Positions 17,676-28,150 of a stretch of DNA of 46,275 bases are shown here, in pieces. Positions within the stretch are counted from its first letter, which is position 1, and each line of letters begins with the position of its first letter. The position numbers and the translations under genes were made by a program. Source of the stretch: a virus (lineage: Duplodnaviria > Caudoviricetes); the IMG/VR virus record IMGVR_UViG_3300006169_000027, positions 1-46,275 of that record, one strand, 5' to 3'. The notes under the pieces were generated by a model that was given only the letters and a program-made list of their open reading frames with translations, was not told the DNA's origin and did no database searches.

Positions 17676-19532
17676 TTATTCCGTCACATCATCGTCATCC
17701 GTCGCATCATCGTCATCCGTCGCATCATCGTCATCCGTCGCATCATCGTCATCTTCGCCTTGCGCGCCGGTCCGGATCCCGCCGGCAATGTCTTCGACCG
17801 ATCGCGCCGGTGTTGGTGCGTTGGCGTCGATGACTTCTTGCGCGTAGTCTTCAAGGACGGCGCGTTGATCTTCCATGTCCAAGTTCACGAAATCCGGATC
17901 CGCCTGGATCGCGCGGCGGATGAACATGTCGATGTTCGATGAAATGATGTAATCGATCAAGCGGATCCCGCGATTCTGCAACCGCATCGTCTTGTCGTCT
18001 TCCGAAATGTTGGCAAGCGGATCAAGATCCAACACCAAGGACAACACGTCGTCGATATTGGTTTCCGTGGATTGGAATTCCTTTTTGATGAATTCGCGTT
18101 CCATGTGCGAAATGATCACCGGATTGTATTTCTTTTCCTTCGCGTTGATCAAGCGGTCTTCCATGTACTTCGTCGAAAACAGATCGAAATTTTGCGGAAC
18201 CTTGATCGCCGGGATCATCGCGCGGATGTCTTCCGGGTTCGGATACTGCACCGAATAACGCCACCGCGCCACGGTCCAATAAATCCAATCCGCAATTCGG
18301 ACAAGATCTTCCGCGACGGAATGGACGAAATTATTCAATTCATCCTTGTCCACTTCTTTCGCGATGCCGGATTGTGCAAGCGGAACTTTTGCAAGGAATT
18401 CCATATTGACGGCGGCAAGCGCGTCGAATAGGTGTTGATCGACGGATTGTTGCATCAATTCCAAGATCTTCACATCCTTTTCGATGAATCCCGCCGGCGG
18501 AATCGGCGTTGATGGTTCGGCAGCACCGGCGCGGCGGACTAAAAGTTTCGAAAATGGTGAAGGCGCGTCACCGGTTCCGGCACAATCGCCGCACACGACG
18601 ACATCGGTTTCCGTCTGGACCTTTCCCACGCCGCCGCACGTTTCGCATGACGCCGACGCGATTTCCCACCGTTCCGGATAAAGGTGCATCACCTTCGCCG
18701 CTTGTAAGTCGGAATACTCCCGCGCCGCTTCATCAAGATCCGTCACCATGGTCGCGATCCGGGATTCATAAAGGAAATCCGATCCGTCGATGACTTGTTT
18801 CAGCACCGCGCCGATCTTCTTGCATGGCAATTCGCCGGTCATGTGATCATATTGATCCACCATGTCGAACCGCTTCGATGTCACTTGTTCATACCGGAAG
18901 ATGGATTCGGTCGTCACCACATAGAACGCGCGACCTTCGACCATGCGTCCGGTCCCGTTTTGATAGGTCACACCAACGGGATCTTCCAAGACCGCGAAGT
19001 CGTCTTCCACATAGTCGATCACGTTTGCGGAATCGAATATGTGCGGATAAGGACGAACGAATTGATTCGGTTCCAGATCTTCCAGGCGATCGAACGGAAG
19101 GACCAAGATCACGCCATTCGGATCGATCAAATATTCGCGGAGCAAGACCGAGAAGATCCAATTCGTCACGCTTTCGAAGTGCGGGAAATTGAAGTCGCAA
19201 TATTGTTCAAGCGTTTCTTCGTCCGGAATGCGGTTGAACACTTCCGTCGGATGCGTCACGGACCAATCGTTCGACCGGCGGATCTTGGAAAGCGAATTGA
19301 ACACCTTGCCGAATGTGGACTTGGTTTTCGGCTTCCAGATCTTCGCGCGGTACGCTTTGACGTCTTCCGGTTCATGCGGACGCGCTTCGTCGATCAACTT
19401 TTCCGGGAAAATTCCGTCCGCGTGCAGACGTATGGCGTCCGCTTGTTCGATCGCTTCTTCGCGCGTGTATGCGAACGCGTCGCCTTTGAAGTATGCTTTC
19501 AATTCCGCCGGTGTGAAATCAAGTTTGGGCAT
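17676..19532 (-). CDS. Portal protein with inserted CxxCxGxG zinc finger
   Basis: 618 aa directly before MuF; QSGIAKEVDK-like portal motif; CETCGGVG..CGDCAGTG; acidic tail. Confidence 0.8.
   Translation of the reverse strand: MPKLDFTPAELKAYFKGDAFAYTREEAIEQADAIRLHADGIFPEKLIDEARPHEPEDVKAYRAKIWKPKTKSTFGKVFNSLSKIRRSNDWSVTHPTEVFNRIPDEETLEQYCDFNFPHFESVTNWIFSVLLREYLIDPNGVILVLPFDRLEDLEPNQFVRPYPHIFDSANVIDYVEDDFAVLEDPVGVTYQNGTGRMVEGRAFYVVTTESIFRYEQVTSKRFDMVDQYDHMTGELPCKKIGAVLKQVIDGSDFLYESRIATMVTDLDEAAREYSDLQAAKVMHLYPERWEIASASCETCGGVGKVQTETDVVVCGDCAGTGDAPSPFSKLLVRRAGAAEPSTPIPPAGFIEKDVKILELMQQSVDQHLFDALAAVNMEFLAKVPLAQSGIAKEVDKDELNNFVHSVAEDLVRIADWIYWTVARWRYSVQYPNPEDIRAMIPAIKVPQNFDLFSTKYMEDRLINAKEKKYNPVIISHMEREFIKKEFQSTETNIDDVLSLVLDLDPLANISEDDKTMRLQNRGIRLIDYIISSNIDMFIRRAIQADPDFVNLDMEDQRAVLEDYAQEVIDANAPTPARSVEDIAGGIRTGAQGEDDDDATDDDDATDDDDATDDDDVTE
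17687..17753. repeat. 18-bp tandem repeat, about 3.7 copies, encoding DDDDAT
   Basis: Unit catcatcgtcatccgtcg. Confidence 0.95.
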
Positions 19533-19535
19533 GTT

Positions 19536-20405
19536 TTACATTTTTTGTCTTCCAGAAAGTGAATTTCTTTTTGACTGCAAAGTGAATAAAAATTGCAAGC
19601 CAAGTTTGCGATGTGCCGTCGATGCGATCGAATTATACATCTTTTGCACGGATGGCGGCGCAAAGTTCCCGCCGCCGGAAAATATGAAATGGTCCTTGGT
19701 GATGATCTGTAAAGGCAACACGCGACCGCCGTGTTTTTGATGCCAGTAGGTCGGTTGCCAATTGAAGACGTGCGGTTCGGTCTTGGTGATAGCTGCCGCA
19801 ATGTTCAAGGCAAGTTCGTCCGGCATCCCGCCGTCCCAAACCATGAACGGGACTTTCGGTTTCCGGTACACTTCCAACGCCTTCTTGAAAAGTGCCGCCG
19901 TTGCTGCCGACTTTTCGAAATAAAACACTTCCGTCCGCCATTGATACATTCTTCCGGATCCGAGTTTGTACGCTTTTTTGATTTCCTTGTAATTCGCCCA
20001 CATCGGATAATGTTCATTTAAACGATTATCCTTCCCGTCCTGATCGATCCATCCTTCCGTAATGCCGGCGAATTTCTTGCCTTTCAACGCCTGGAACACG
20101 TCGGACGGTTGATGTTCCTTCATCCAAAGATTATCCGCGTCGATGACAAGTGTCGCTTCGAAGGGTGTGTGATCGTATGAAAGCAACTTCGCACCGGCTT
20201 TCATTTCGTCCGCTTCCGGGACATGGATGATCTTGTCGAAGACCTTCTTTTGACCATTATCCAGATGCGACAAGGCAACATCGCCGCCGGTCAGCACGGC
20301 GACCGGGAATTTCGGATCCGCCGCCTTTATGGTCACGGCTAGATTGTAGGCTAAACGACCATACATTGCATTTGCCACCGCGACAATTAAAATTCCTTGT
20401 TTCAT
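19536..20405 (-). CDS. GT-A fold glycosyltransferase
   Basis: GILIVA..Y...A..L..TIK; KL..Y..TPFEATLVIDAD (DxD); DELALNIA. Confidence 0.75.
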   Translation of the reverse strand: MKQGILIVAVANAMYGRLAYNLAVTIKAADPKFPVAVLTGGDVALSHLDNGQKKVFDKIIHVPEADEMKAGAKLLSYDHTPFEATLVIDADNLWMKEHQPSDVFQALKGKKFAGITEGWIDQDGKDNRLNEHYPMWANYKEIKKAYKLGSGRMYQWRTEVFYFEKSAATAALFKKALEVYRKPKVPFMVWDGGMPDELALNIAAAITKTEPHVFNWQPTYWHQKHGGRVLPLQIITKDHFIFSGGGNFAPPSVQKMYNSIASTAHRKLGLQFLFTLQSKRNSLSGRQKM

Positions 20406-20421
20406 GTTTTCTTTTTTATCG

Positions 20422-21735
20422 TTAGTAAATGAATGACAGATTGTAAATGTTTAGCGGTGCGCCGAATTCGGACACGGAATCCGGTGATCCCATGAATGCG
20501 GTCATCGTGTACCACCATCCCGGCGACACGTTGAAAAGAAATTCTTCCGCCCACGGCGTGCCGGGAACGATGTCAAAATTGAACGGATACGCGCCGAACT
20601 GATTTCCTTGAAGGTTGATCACGCCTTGCACATTGATCGGTTCATTGAAGGTGACATTTTGTTGAATTTCCGCACGGACGATCAATTGTTCCTTGCCGCT
20701 TCCATCCGGCACGCCGGTCACGGTCACGACGACGGTCGCGTTGCCGGCATTGATCAAGATGGTCGGCGTCTTGAAATTCAAGATCAACGGCGACGAATCA
20801 CCGCCGTTCGCGCTGTTATTGGTGCAGCGCGAATAAAGTTTGAACCGGAAGTCCCTGCCGGCGGTCAACGCGTTGATCGTGATCGTTGGCGCGCCAACAA
20901 CGCCGGACGTGACAAGTGTTTCGATCTGATTGGACATCGAATAAAGTTCGAACCACCATCCGAAAGCCGGCGTAAATGCCGCCGACCAAGAAAAAATTGC
21001 GGCGATCGGCATCGGATCCGCCGGATCGAAGATCACTTCAATCGGACCGGTCGGAATCTGACACACCGCCGGACCGGTTCCGGTGATAGCTGCCGACACG
21101 CCGGCATCTTGCACCATGTCGCCGCACGCCACGCGATAGCGCAATATTTCGGACAATGCTTGCGACACGACGTTCGGTTGCAATGTGATCGTCAGGATGC
21201 CAAGTTGTGTGATTGCGGCGTTCGCGATGATCGCCGGATCGAATGACACGATCGAAAAGACGGGATTCGTGCAACAAAGCGAATCATTTGCCGCCACATT
21301 GATCAAATATGTTCCGCCTTGATCAAGCGGTTGAACGAAGGCGTCGTCAATTAGTTCCATTTGGTCCAGATCGTCGCACGTCGCACATGTTGAATTGTTC
21401 GCCTGGAAATCTTCGTCGAATGCTTTAAACTTCGCCGGTGCGACCGGGAATTCGCGGTCTTCGATCCAAGCGATTTCATAGGCTCCATTGATGCGGACCG
21501 GTCCCGTGAAGTTGTCGTTGTAAATGTTGACGATGTCGTGTCGAAGTGCGATCGTTAGGCGTTCATGGATCTTTTCCGGCATCCAATCGGTGCGACCTTC
21601 CATTTCCTTCGAAACGATGCTTTTTTGCACGCGCCGCGTTCCATCGGTGCGACGATAGATCGTTTCTTCGACCGGATATTGCGGACGGGAAAGATGAAAA
21701 GGCAACCGGATCTTGTTTTTAAATGGCATTGTCAC
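20422..21735 (-). CDS. Tail tip/minor structural protein with Ig/FN3-like domains
   Basis: Follows tail-tip genes; FSW..ELY..ALTAGRDFRFKLYSRC resembles FN3. Confidence 0.55.
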   Translation of the reverse strand: MTMPFKNKIRLPFHLSRPQYPVEETIYRRTDGTRRVQKSIVSKEMEGRTDWMPEKIHERLTIALRHDIVNIYNDNFTGPVRINGAYEIAWIEDREFPVAPAKFKAFDEDFQANNSTCATCDDLDQMELIDDAFVQPLDQGGTYLINVAANDSLCCTNPVFSIVSFDPAIIANAAITQLGILTITLQPNVVSQALSEILRYRVACGDMVQDAGVSAAITGTGPAVCQIPTGPIEVIFDPADPMPIAAIFSWSAAFTPAFGWWFELYSMSNQIETLVTSGVVGAPTITINALTAGRDFRFKLYSRCTNNSANGGDSSPLILNFKTPTILINAGNATVVVTVTGVPDGSGKEQLIVRAEIQQNVTFNEPINVQGVINLQGNQFGAYPFNFDIVPGTPWAEEFLFNVSPGWWYTMTAFMGSPDSVSEFGAPLNIYNLSFIY

Positions 21736-22526
21736 GAAATTTTAATGTAACCGGATGACGGTCCGCCGAGATCCACCGTGATCACGGTCGGCGGAACAGC
21801 GTCCATTCCGATCGAAAGAATTGTTTTTTCGAAAAGTCCCGTCGCGGGATTGTGAATAAAGACTTCCACGTCCGGTAAGTCGCCGTATTGATCGCGCATC
21901 GCTTGCGTGTACGGGATCGACAACACCGATTGATTGACGAACGGTTGCACGAAGTCGATGCAGTCATCCGCGCCGTCATTGATCGCGTCTTCGAAGTATC
22001 CGCAATAAATAAATCCGAAAGCATTTTTCGGACTTGCGAATTCGATGACGGATGTGAAACAATCTTCCGGGATCCGTTGAAAGCATGATGAAAGACCGGT
22101 CACGACGCCGGTCGACAATTGCGCGCGGACCATGAATTGAAAACATCCTTCCATCGCGATCGATTCGTCGAAGTCCGGCGCGCCATGGCTCCAATTGTAA
22201 AGAACCTTGTTTGATGCGATGCGGTATCGTTCCGGCTTTAGTCCAAGAAGTCCGGTGAAGTTGCGCGTGAAGTTGACGCCGTCGGTCGTGATGCCGACTT
22301 GAATTTTTGTGTGACCGATGTCACAAAGTTCATTCGCTTCTTGTTCCGTGTCGGTTTCGATAATGAATTGAAAGGCGACATCGTCTTCGTGGACGATCGG
22401 AAAGCAAAATTCGACGTCTGGAGATCCGCAACTATTTCCAGGCGGTTCCGCGTCGAATCGAACGAATGAATGTTCCGGTGTTAGTACGTTTGCCGACATT
22501 GAATCAATATTTGTTTCGTAATTCAA
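21732..22526 (-). CDS. Minor tail/structural protein
   Basis: Synteny; C-terminal domain paralogous to 29452-29697. Confidence 0.55.
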   Translation of the reverse strand: MNYETNIDSMSANVLTPEHSFVRFDAEPPGNSCGSPDVEFCFPIVHEDDVAFQFIIETDTEQEANELCDIGHTKIQVGITTDGVNFTRNFTGLLGLKPERYRIASNKVLYNWSHGAPDFDESIAMEGCFQFMVRAQLSTGVVTGLSSCFQRIPEDCFTSVIEFASPKNAFGFIYCGYFEDAINDGADDCIDFVQPFVNQSVLSIPYTQAMRDQYGDLPDVEVFIHNPATGLFEKTILSIGMDAVPPTVITVDLGGPSSGYIKIS

Positions 22527-24993
22527 ATACGGCGTGTTGATTGGCGATGTTATACTTCAAGGAAATTAAGAATCCGCGTCGGAAAGGTTCCCATGAGTTA
22601 CATCGATACAATATCAGGCCGTATGGGTTAGCACGAACACGATTAAATTGTTCGATACTCATTGGATATTCAAAAGTAACGATTTCCGGACGCATGATCG
22701 GACGCGCTTCATCCACGTTCAAGAAATCGTCAACGGACACGTCTTCCGATTCAGACAAGACGCCGCGTTCCATCTTGCAAATGTCCGAATATTGTTCGCC
22801 GGCGGCAACATAGTTGCCCGTCCCGGACATGAAGATCAACTTGCCGGTCGTGTGGTCCGGGAACATGCCGCCGATGGTCTTGAAATGGCGCATCAAGTTC
22901 CGAACCGGTGAGATCCGGAAATTGTATATCGATTCCGGATCGATGATGTTTTGATCGTTGTCAACATTGTCTTGTTCGACTTCAAACCGGACCGGCGCAT
23001 TGCTTGCGGTCACGGGACAGATCTTCACGGTGCGTCCCGTGGTCGTTTCCGGCGTGATCGCTTCCGCGACTTCCACACGCCACCGCGCCGCGCCGAATGG
23101 CGAATTGACCACATGCACCGCGACCACGGTGAAGATCCCGTCATTCGATCCCGTTCCCATTATTTCAATCTTATGTCCGGCAACGACGAAAGGCGTGTTC
23201 ACACGCGTCACGAAGGCGTTGAATCCGAATTGATCGGTGAAGGTGATCGGATAATTTAACGTCACACATGCGGTCCGGTGAATGCAGATGATGAAGGTGT
23301 CGTTGTCGAACTTAGTCACGGCTCCACCGGTTGCGGCGAAATTCTGGATCCTTGTTAATTCCAACGGATAGCCGCCGGCGATGAATTTGGAAATGATGTC
23401 TTTTGTTCCTTTCACATTGTTCATCGATGGACGGAATTCACGCGTCGAATTGAATTCATCCAACGAATTCACCGTTTCGGCTTCCCACTTGTCATAACCG
23501 ACGCGGATGATGTTGAAAAGTTCGTTCGTGGCGATCTTGATTTGCACATTGTTCACACCATCGGCGCGGAACATTTCGAAGTCTTGATAAAAGAAACGCA
23601 CATTTTCCAGGCGGACGAATTGGTCTTGATGGATGTCCATGCCGATGTTGTCGATCGCGCGAAGTGATTCCAAGGCGTCTTTCAATGAAAGAAAGAAGGA
23701 CGGGTTGTCCGCATTGCGGATCTTCAATCCAGACGTCAGCACGCGCAAACCGCCGCAACCGTCGTTTGGATAGCCAAGATCCGCGCGTCCATAGTAGTCG
23801 GACTTCAAGGTCAAGCATTTGTCGGAAATCGATTGGATGACGTGGTCAAGTGCTTCGTGAATGAAATGCACGTCCGACGGCGTTGGCGGACACTTAGAAT
23901 CGGCAGAAATATCAATAAAGGTTTCTTCATCGAATTCCGTGTCGAAGTATTCGAATCCAAGTGCGAACGTGTCGGTCCTTTCGATCTGCACGAACGCGAA
24001 GATCCCGCGATCCGGTTGCAAGTCGTATCCATTGACCACATTTGCGACATCGAATTCCACCGTCGCCGCGTATCCGTTAGAATTATCATTCACGGGAAGG
24101 TCGACGACGATGTCGGTCACTTGAATCGGATTGTGTGTTGTTTCTTCGCCTTCCGCAAGGACGATCCGGATGGTATAACGAAGGACAATGTTTGAACCAT
24201 ACATCGCGATGTTGACACGACCTTTCATCCGGTAGTTGATATTGAATCCGTCATTGAAACAAACGACCGTGTCTTCGAACATCAATTGCGGCGTGATCGC
24301 GTGGTTGTTGATGTTGTTGGCGGAATTCGAAATCGACCTTGACCACGAATAGGATGCGATCATGTTGCCGGTCTTTATGGCGTTGTAAAATTCGATCGCA
24401 TAATTCGGACGGACCTTGAAGACCATGTCTTGCCCGGATACAATGAACGCTTGTTGATATTCCGACATAAAGATCCGGTCGCCTTCCGGTGCGACTTGCC
24501 CGGACACCTGACGGATCAATGTTTTCGGCGGCAACATCAAGACGGACTTTTGCGGGACGATCGGTGTCGTTTGATCAAATGTTGTCGTTGCATCCAAGGA
24601 CACTTTTTGATCGAAACGGTTGTTGAACGTCTGGACACACGATTTCTGTTCGATGCCGATGGACACGGCACAATCGTCGCCACACGTTTCGGAATATCGC
24701 GCGAAGTCAAGCGAAAACATTTCATCGAAGATGATCTTGTCGTTGTCGTCCGAACATTCCGCCCACACGCGCAAGGACATCTTGCCATCGACGCCGCGCG
24801 CCTGGTATTCAGCTTTCACGAATTCGCCGGCATCCTTGTCGAAGGTGAGTTCATTCAGTCCGAAAATGATCGAAACGCCGTGCAATGTGGCGTCCCGTTT
24901 CGCTTCGAATTCCGCGTCCGTCCATCCGGTCAATTCATCGATGTCGCGCGTCACTTGGTCCGTGATCAATTGGAAAAACCACTTATTCGCCAT
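22504..24993 (-). CDS. Tail tip/hub protein, 829 aa
   Basis: Directly after the tape measure gene; beta-rich. Confidence 0.6.
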   Translation of the reverse strand: MANKWFFQLITDQVTRDIDELTGWTDAEFEAKRDATLHGVSIIFGLNELTFDKDAGEFVKAEYQARGVDGKMSLRVWAECSDDNDKIIFDEMFSLDFARYSETCGDDCAVSIGIEQKSCVQTFNNRFDQKVSLDATTTFDQTTPIVPQKSVLMLPPKTLIRQVSGQVAPEGDRIFMSEYQQAFIVSGQDMVFKVRPNYAIEFYNAIKTGNMIASYSWSRSISNSANNINNHAITPQLMFEDTVVCFNDGFNINYRMKGRVNIAMYGSNIVLRYTIRIVLAEGEETTHNPIQVTDIVVDLPVNDNSNGYAATVEFDVANVVNGYDLQPDRGIFAFVQIERTDTFALGFEYFDTEFDEETFIDISADSKCPPTPSDVHFIHEALDHVIQSISDKCLTLKSDYYGRADLGYPNDGCGGLRVLTSGLKIRNADNPSFFLSLKDALESLRAIDNIGMDIHQDQFVRLENVRFFYQDFEMFRADGVNNVQIKIATNELFNIIRVGYDKWEAETVNSLDEFNSTREFRPSMNNVKGTKDIISKFIAGGYPLELTRIQNFAATGGAVTKFDNDTFIICIHRTACVTLNYPITFTDQFGFNAFVTRVNTPFVVAGHKIEIMGTGSNDGIFTVVAVHVVNSPFGAARWRVEVAEAITPETTTGRTVKICPVTASNAPVRFEVEQDNVDNDQNIIDPESIYNFRISPVRNLMRHFKTIGGMFPDHTTGKLIFMSGTGNYVAAGEQYSDICKMERGVLSESEDVSVDDFLNVDEARPIMRPEIVTFEYPMSIEQFNRVRANPYGLILYRCNSWEPFRRGFLISLKYNIANQHAVFELRNKY

Positions 24994-27850
24994 AATTGTA
25001 TCGCTTGTTTAAATAAGTCTGACGGGCTAGTTGACTGACGACGTGTGTCGTAAATCCGTTTTGATCAAGATTAACTTGAAGGCGCGGATGTTTCGCGATT
25101 TCATCGCCGATCATCTTCGCCATTGCTTTCGGGTTCGCGGATCCTTGCGCGCGTGCCTGACGATCGAAATCGTTTCCGACTAGCTTTCGATCGGCGACCG
25201 GCGTGTTCATGATCTGACGGGTTTCGTGCGGATTGTAGATCCTTTCGCCACCTTTCAACCACACGATTTGCGGATGTTCCGCCATATAATAGCCGCGATC
25301 CGTCTGGATCAATTCCGCACCCGTTTCACCGACTTCCGCGAATCCGCGCGGTGCTTTCTTGGTTCCTTTTCCGAACCGTGGCAACGGCGTCGCGATGATG
25401 GCGGCAATTTGCGCGGCGACAAGTGCCGACGTGAAGGCGATCATGAACGGATTCGGTGCAGCTTTCACGATGGCGGCGGCTCCATTGACCAAGGCGGAAA
25501 AAAGATTCGCGGCTTTTTCCCGGCGCGCGTTTTCACGTTGTTGTTGCTTGCGTTCCGCTTCAAGTTTGCGTTGGCGTTCCACATAGACGCGTTCCGAAAT
25601 CGCACCGGCTTCGCGTGCCTGTTCAAGTTCCGCTTGACGTTGTTCAAGTGCCTGTTGTTCTTGCGCGTTGATCGCCTGGAAAATTGCCGTCACCGCGTTC
25701 ATCGCCTGACTAAAATATCCGGCAAGATCTTCGACCAATTGTTGAAACGCTTCCCGGCGTTTTTGGTTTTCTGCCTTGACGATTTCGGTTTTTTTGATTT
25801 CCGCGTTTTCGAAGACTTGATTTTCTTGATCTTTTAGTCTGGACAATTCTAGTTGATAGTCTTGTTCGGAAATCAATTGATCAACGCGCCACGCCTTCAA
25901 GTCAGTCTTGCGCCGGTTGATCGCTTGCAATTCGGCGTCGGCGACTTTGTTGACGGCATCGATGCGGACGGCGGCGGATGCACTTTCATCCGCGATCACG
26001 CGTTGCAATTGTCGCACGTTCCCGGCGTTGTTGTTGGCGGCGATTTCTAGTTCCTTGTCTAGATGGTCACGGCGGATCTGAAGTCGCGTTTCGGCGATCT
26101 GCCGGTCATACCGTGCATTTATTTCCGCTTCCTTCGCCTTGTTGTTCTTGACTTCCGCAAGTTCCGCTTCCCGTTGCTTATTCAATAGCATGATGGAAAG
26201 GTCTTCCCGCAAGCCGGCGTTGATTTCGATGGAATGCAATTCGGCATTGATGTCCGCAATTTGATTTTGCAAGGCGACGGACCGGCGGTTTTTATAGAAT
26301 TCGACTTCCATGTCCGTCCGTTCCTTCAATGCGCGTTCTTGAATTAAAAGACGTTGATTCGCGGTCAGTTTTTCGTTGGCAAGTTCAATATTTGCTTCCG
26401 CACCGATCAACCGTTGACGCAATTTCAATTCCGCTTCCGATCCTTGTTCCACGGTCAGCAATTGCCGTTCGATCGCGGCTTTTTCATCATTCAGACGCGC
26501 AAGCTGCCTTTCCTTGGCTTTTGCTGCCGCTTCTTTTGCAAGGCGTTCTTGTTCTTCCGCCGCTTTCTTCGCTTCGTCCCGGCGAAGTGCTTGCAACTTG
26601 ATGTCACCAAGGACCAACGACCGGTTGTTCGCCTGGATCTTCGACCAAAGGTTGTTTTCATATTGCGCGAGATCGTCCAACATTTGTTTTTGTTCATCGG
26701 ATCCCGCTTCCGTGTCACGAAGGATCTGCGCTTGCTTTTCCGACACGCCATCAAGCGCGGTCATGATGCCGGCGTTGACGTTGGAAAGATTGGTCAATGT
26801 TTGTTGTGCGATCTTGGATCCAGATGCGCCGGCGGCTTCCATGCGCGCGATGACGGCATCACCGGCGAATTCAAGGTCGGCGATCATGTTGTCGGTGTTT
26901 CGCTTGAATTGTTCCATCTGCCAATTCAGATCCGCAAGTTTTTCTTCCGCGTCATCGGTCCCGGATGTGAACCACGCAAGCGCGCCGACAAGCGCAACAA
27001 TCGCGGCGCCTAATATCCCGGCAGGATTTGCAGCCATGGCAGCATTCAACGCCCGTTGTGCCACGGTTGCCGCACCTTTGACGATCACATTTTTCGATTG
27101 AAGACCGGTTTCGATGACCGTTTGCGCGTTGGCAAGTTTTTGTTGCGCCGTGCCGATCGCGCGCATCAAATTCGATTGTTTTTGAAGGACGTTTTGAATT
27201 TGTTGGATCCCGTTGGCGATCGCCATCACCGCATTCAGACGGACAAGGGTTTCTTGAAGTTCCTTCGATTCATCACCGAACAACGCTTGCGCGCCGGCGG
27301 CGATCTGACCGGCGGCGGCTAATGCTCCAACGGCTTCGATCACGGTGTCGATCTTGGACGTGTCGGATGCCATCTTGTTCACTTCTTCATTCACGTCACC
27401 GATGGCGTCCCGGTATTCGGCAGCTTTCGCGGCTAGGTCTTTATACGCTTGTGTTCCATCTTGTCCGGCGACCTTCATGCGTCCTAGTGCTTCGTTCATT
27501 TCCCGCAATTCACTTTTCATCGATTTTTGAATTCCGGTTCCTTCTTGGATCTTTTTCAAAAATTCATCAAGCGTCAATCCGGATTCCTTCAAGGTTTCAT
27601 TGATGCCTTCCATGAATCCATCAATGAATTCTTGAACCAATGAATTCACATGTTTTTCGATGTCTTCGAAGGAATGGACGATCTTCCCGGATGCGTTGAC
27701 GACCGTTTTCGAAAGGTCGTTCACCGGCTTTTGTGCCGCTTTCATTTCGGCGGCGAATGCTTCCGAGATCTGCCCGGACGCTTGAAGTTGATCAACGCCG
27801 GATTGTATCTTCGAAAAGTCTGGAATAAAGTCAACGATGATTTCGGGCAT
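24983..27850 (-). CDS. Tape measure protein
   Basis: 955 aa Ala/Gln/Glu-rich helical; ALNAAMAANPAGIL motif; C-terminal PRFGKGT..AEVGETGAELI. Confidence 0.9.
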   Translation of the reverse strand: MPEIIVDFIPDFSKIQSGVDQLQASGQISEAFAAEMKAAQKPVNDLSKTVVNASGKIVHSFEDIEKHVNSLVQEFIDGFMEGINETLKESGLTLDEFLKKIQEGTGIQKSMKSELREMNEALGRMKVAGQDGTQAYKDLAAKAAEYRDAIGDVNEEVNKMASDTSKIDTVIEAVGALAAAGQIAAGAQALFGDESKELQETLVRLNAVMAIANGIQQIQNVLQKQSNLMRAIGTAQQKLANAQTVIETGLQSKNVIVKGAATVAQRALNAAMAANPAGILGAAIVALVGALAWFTSGTDDAEEKLADLNWQMEQFKRNTDNMIADLEFAGDAVIARMEAAGASGSKIAQQTLTNLSNVNAGIMTALDGVSEKQAQILRDTEAGSDEQKQMLDDLAQYENNLWSKIQANNRSLVLGDIKLQALRRDEAKKAAEEQERLAKEAAAKAKERQLARLNDEKAAIERQLLTVEQGSEAELKLRQRLIGAEANIELANEKLTANQRLLIQERALKERTDMEVEFYKNRRSVALQNQIADINAELHSIEINAGLREDLSIMLLNKQREAELAEVKNNKAKEAEINARYDRQIAETRLQIRRDHLDKELEIAANNNAGNVRQLQRVIADESASAAVRIDAVNKVADAELQAINRRKTDLKAWRVDQLISEQDYQLELSRLKDQENQVFENAEIKKTEIVKAENQKRREAFQQLVEDLAGYFSQAMNAVTAIFQAINAQEQQALEQRQAELEQAREAGAISERVYVERQRKLEAERKQQQRENARREKAANLFSALVNGAAAIVKAAPNPFMIAFTSALVAAQIAAIIATPLPRFGKGTKKAPRGFAEVGETGAELIQTDRGYYMAEHPQIVWLKGGERIYNPHETRQIMNTPVADRKLVGNDFDRQARAQGSANPKAMAKMIGDEIAKHPRLQVNLDQNGFTTHVVSQLARQTYLNKRYNYGE

Positions 27851-28150
27851 GACGTTTTTGTTTTTTTAGTTGTTTAGATGCTTTGTCCGCGTCCTTCAAC
27901 GCTTCATTCAAAAGGAACCAATATTTCAAAAGTGGCATCGATTCAAGTTCGGCGATCGTCGTCGGGTTGTTTTTTGCAAGCCAAACTAATTCTACATAGC
28001 GACCTTCGTGCCGTTCGCCGACAATACGGACAAAACTTCTTTCAAATGGAGTTCGTTCACCATGTTGATCGTTGCGGAATAGGTGTGCAAATTGACCTTG
28101 TCCAATCCTAAGAATGGAATTAAATCCTTCAACGGCGTTTGCAAAAAAAA
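27831..28150 (-). CDS. Probable -1 frameshift extension (T part) of tail assembly chaperone
   Basis: ORF in -1 frame bridging chaperone and tape measure, ending ..AELESMPLLKYWFLLNE..; entry point uncertain. Confidence 0.4.

Noticed and set aside
17687-17753. Tandem repeat as a CRISPR-like array
   Set aside because: No spacers; in-frame coding repeat in the portal tail
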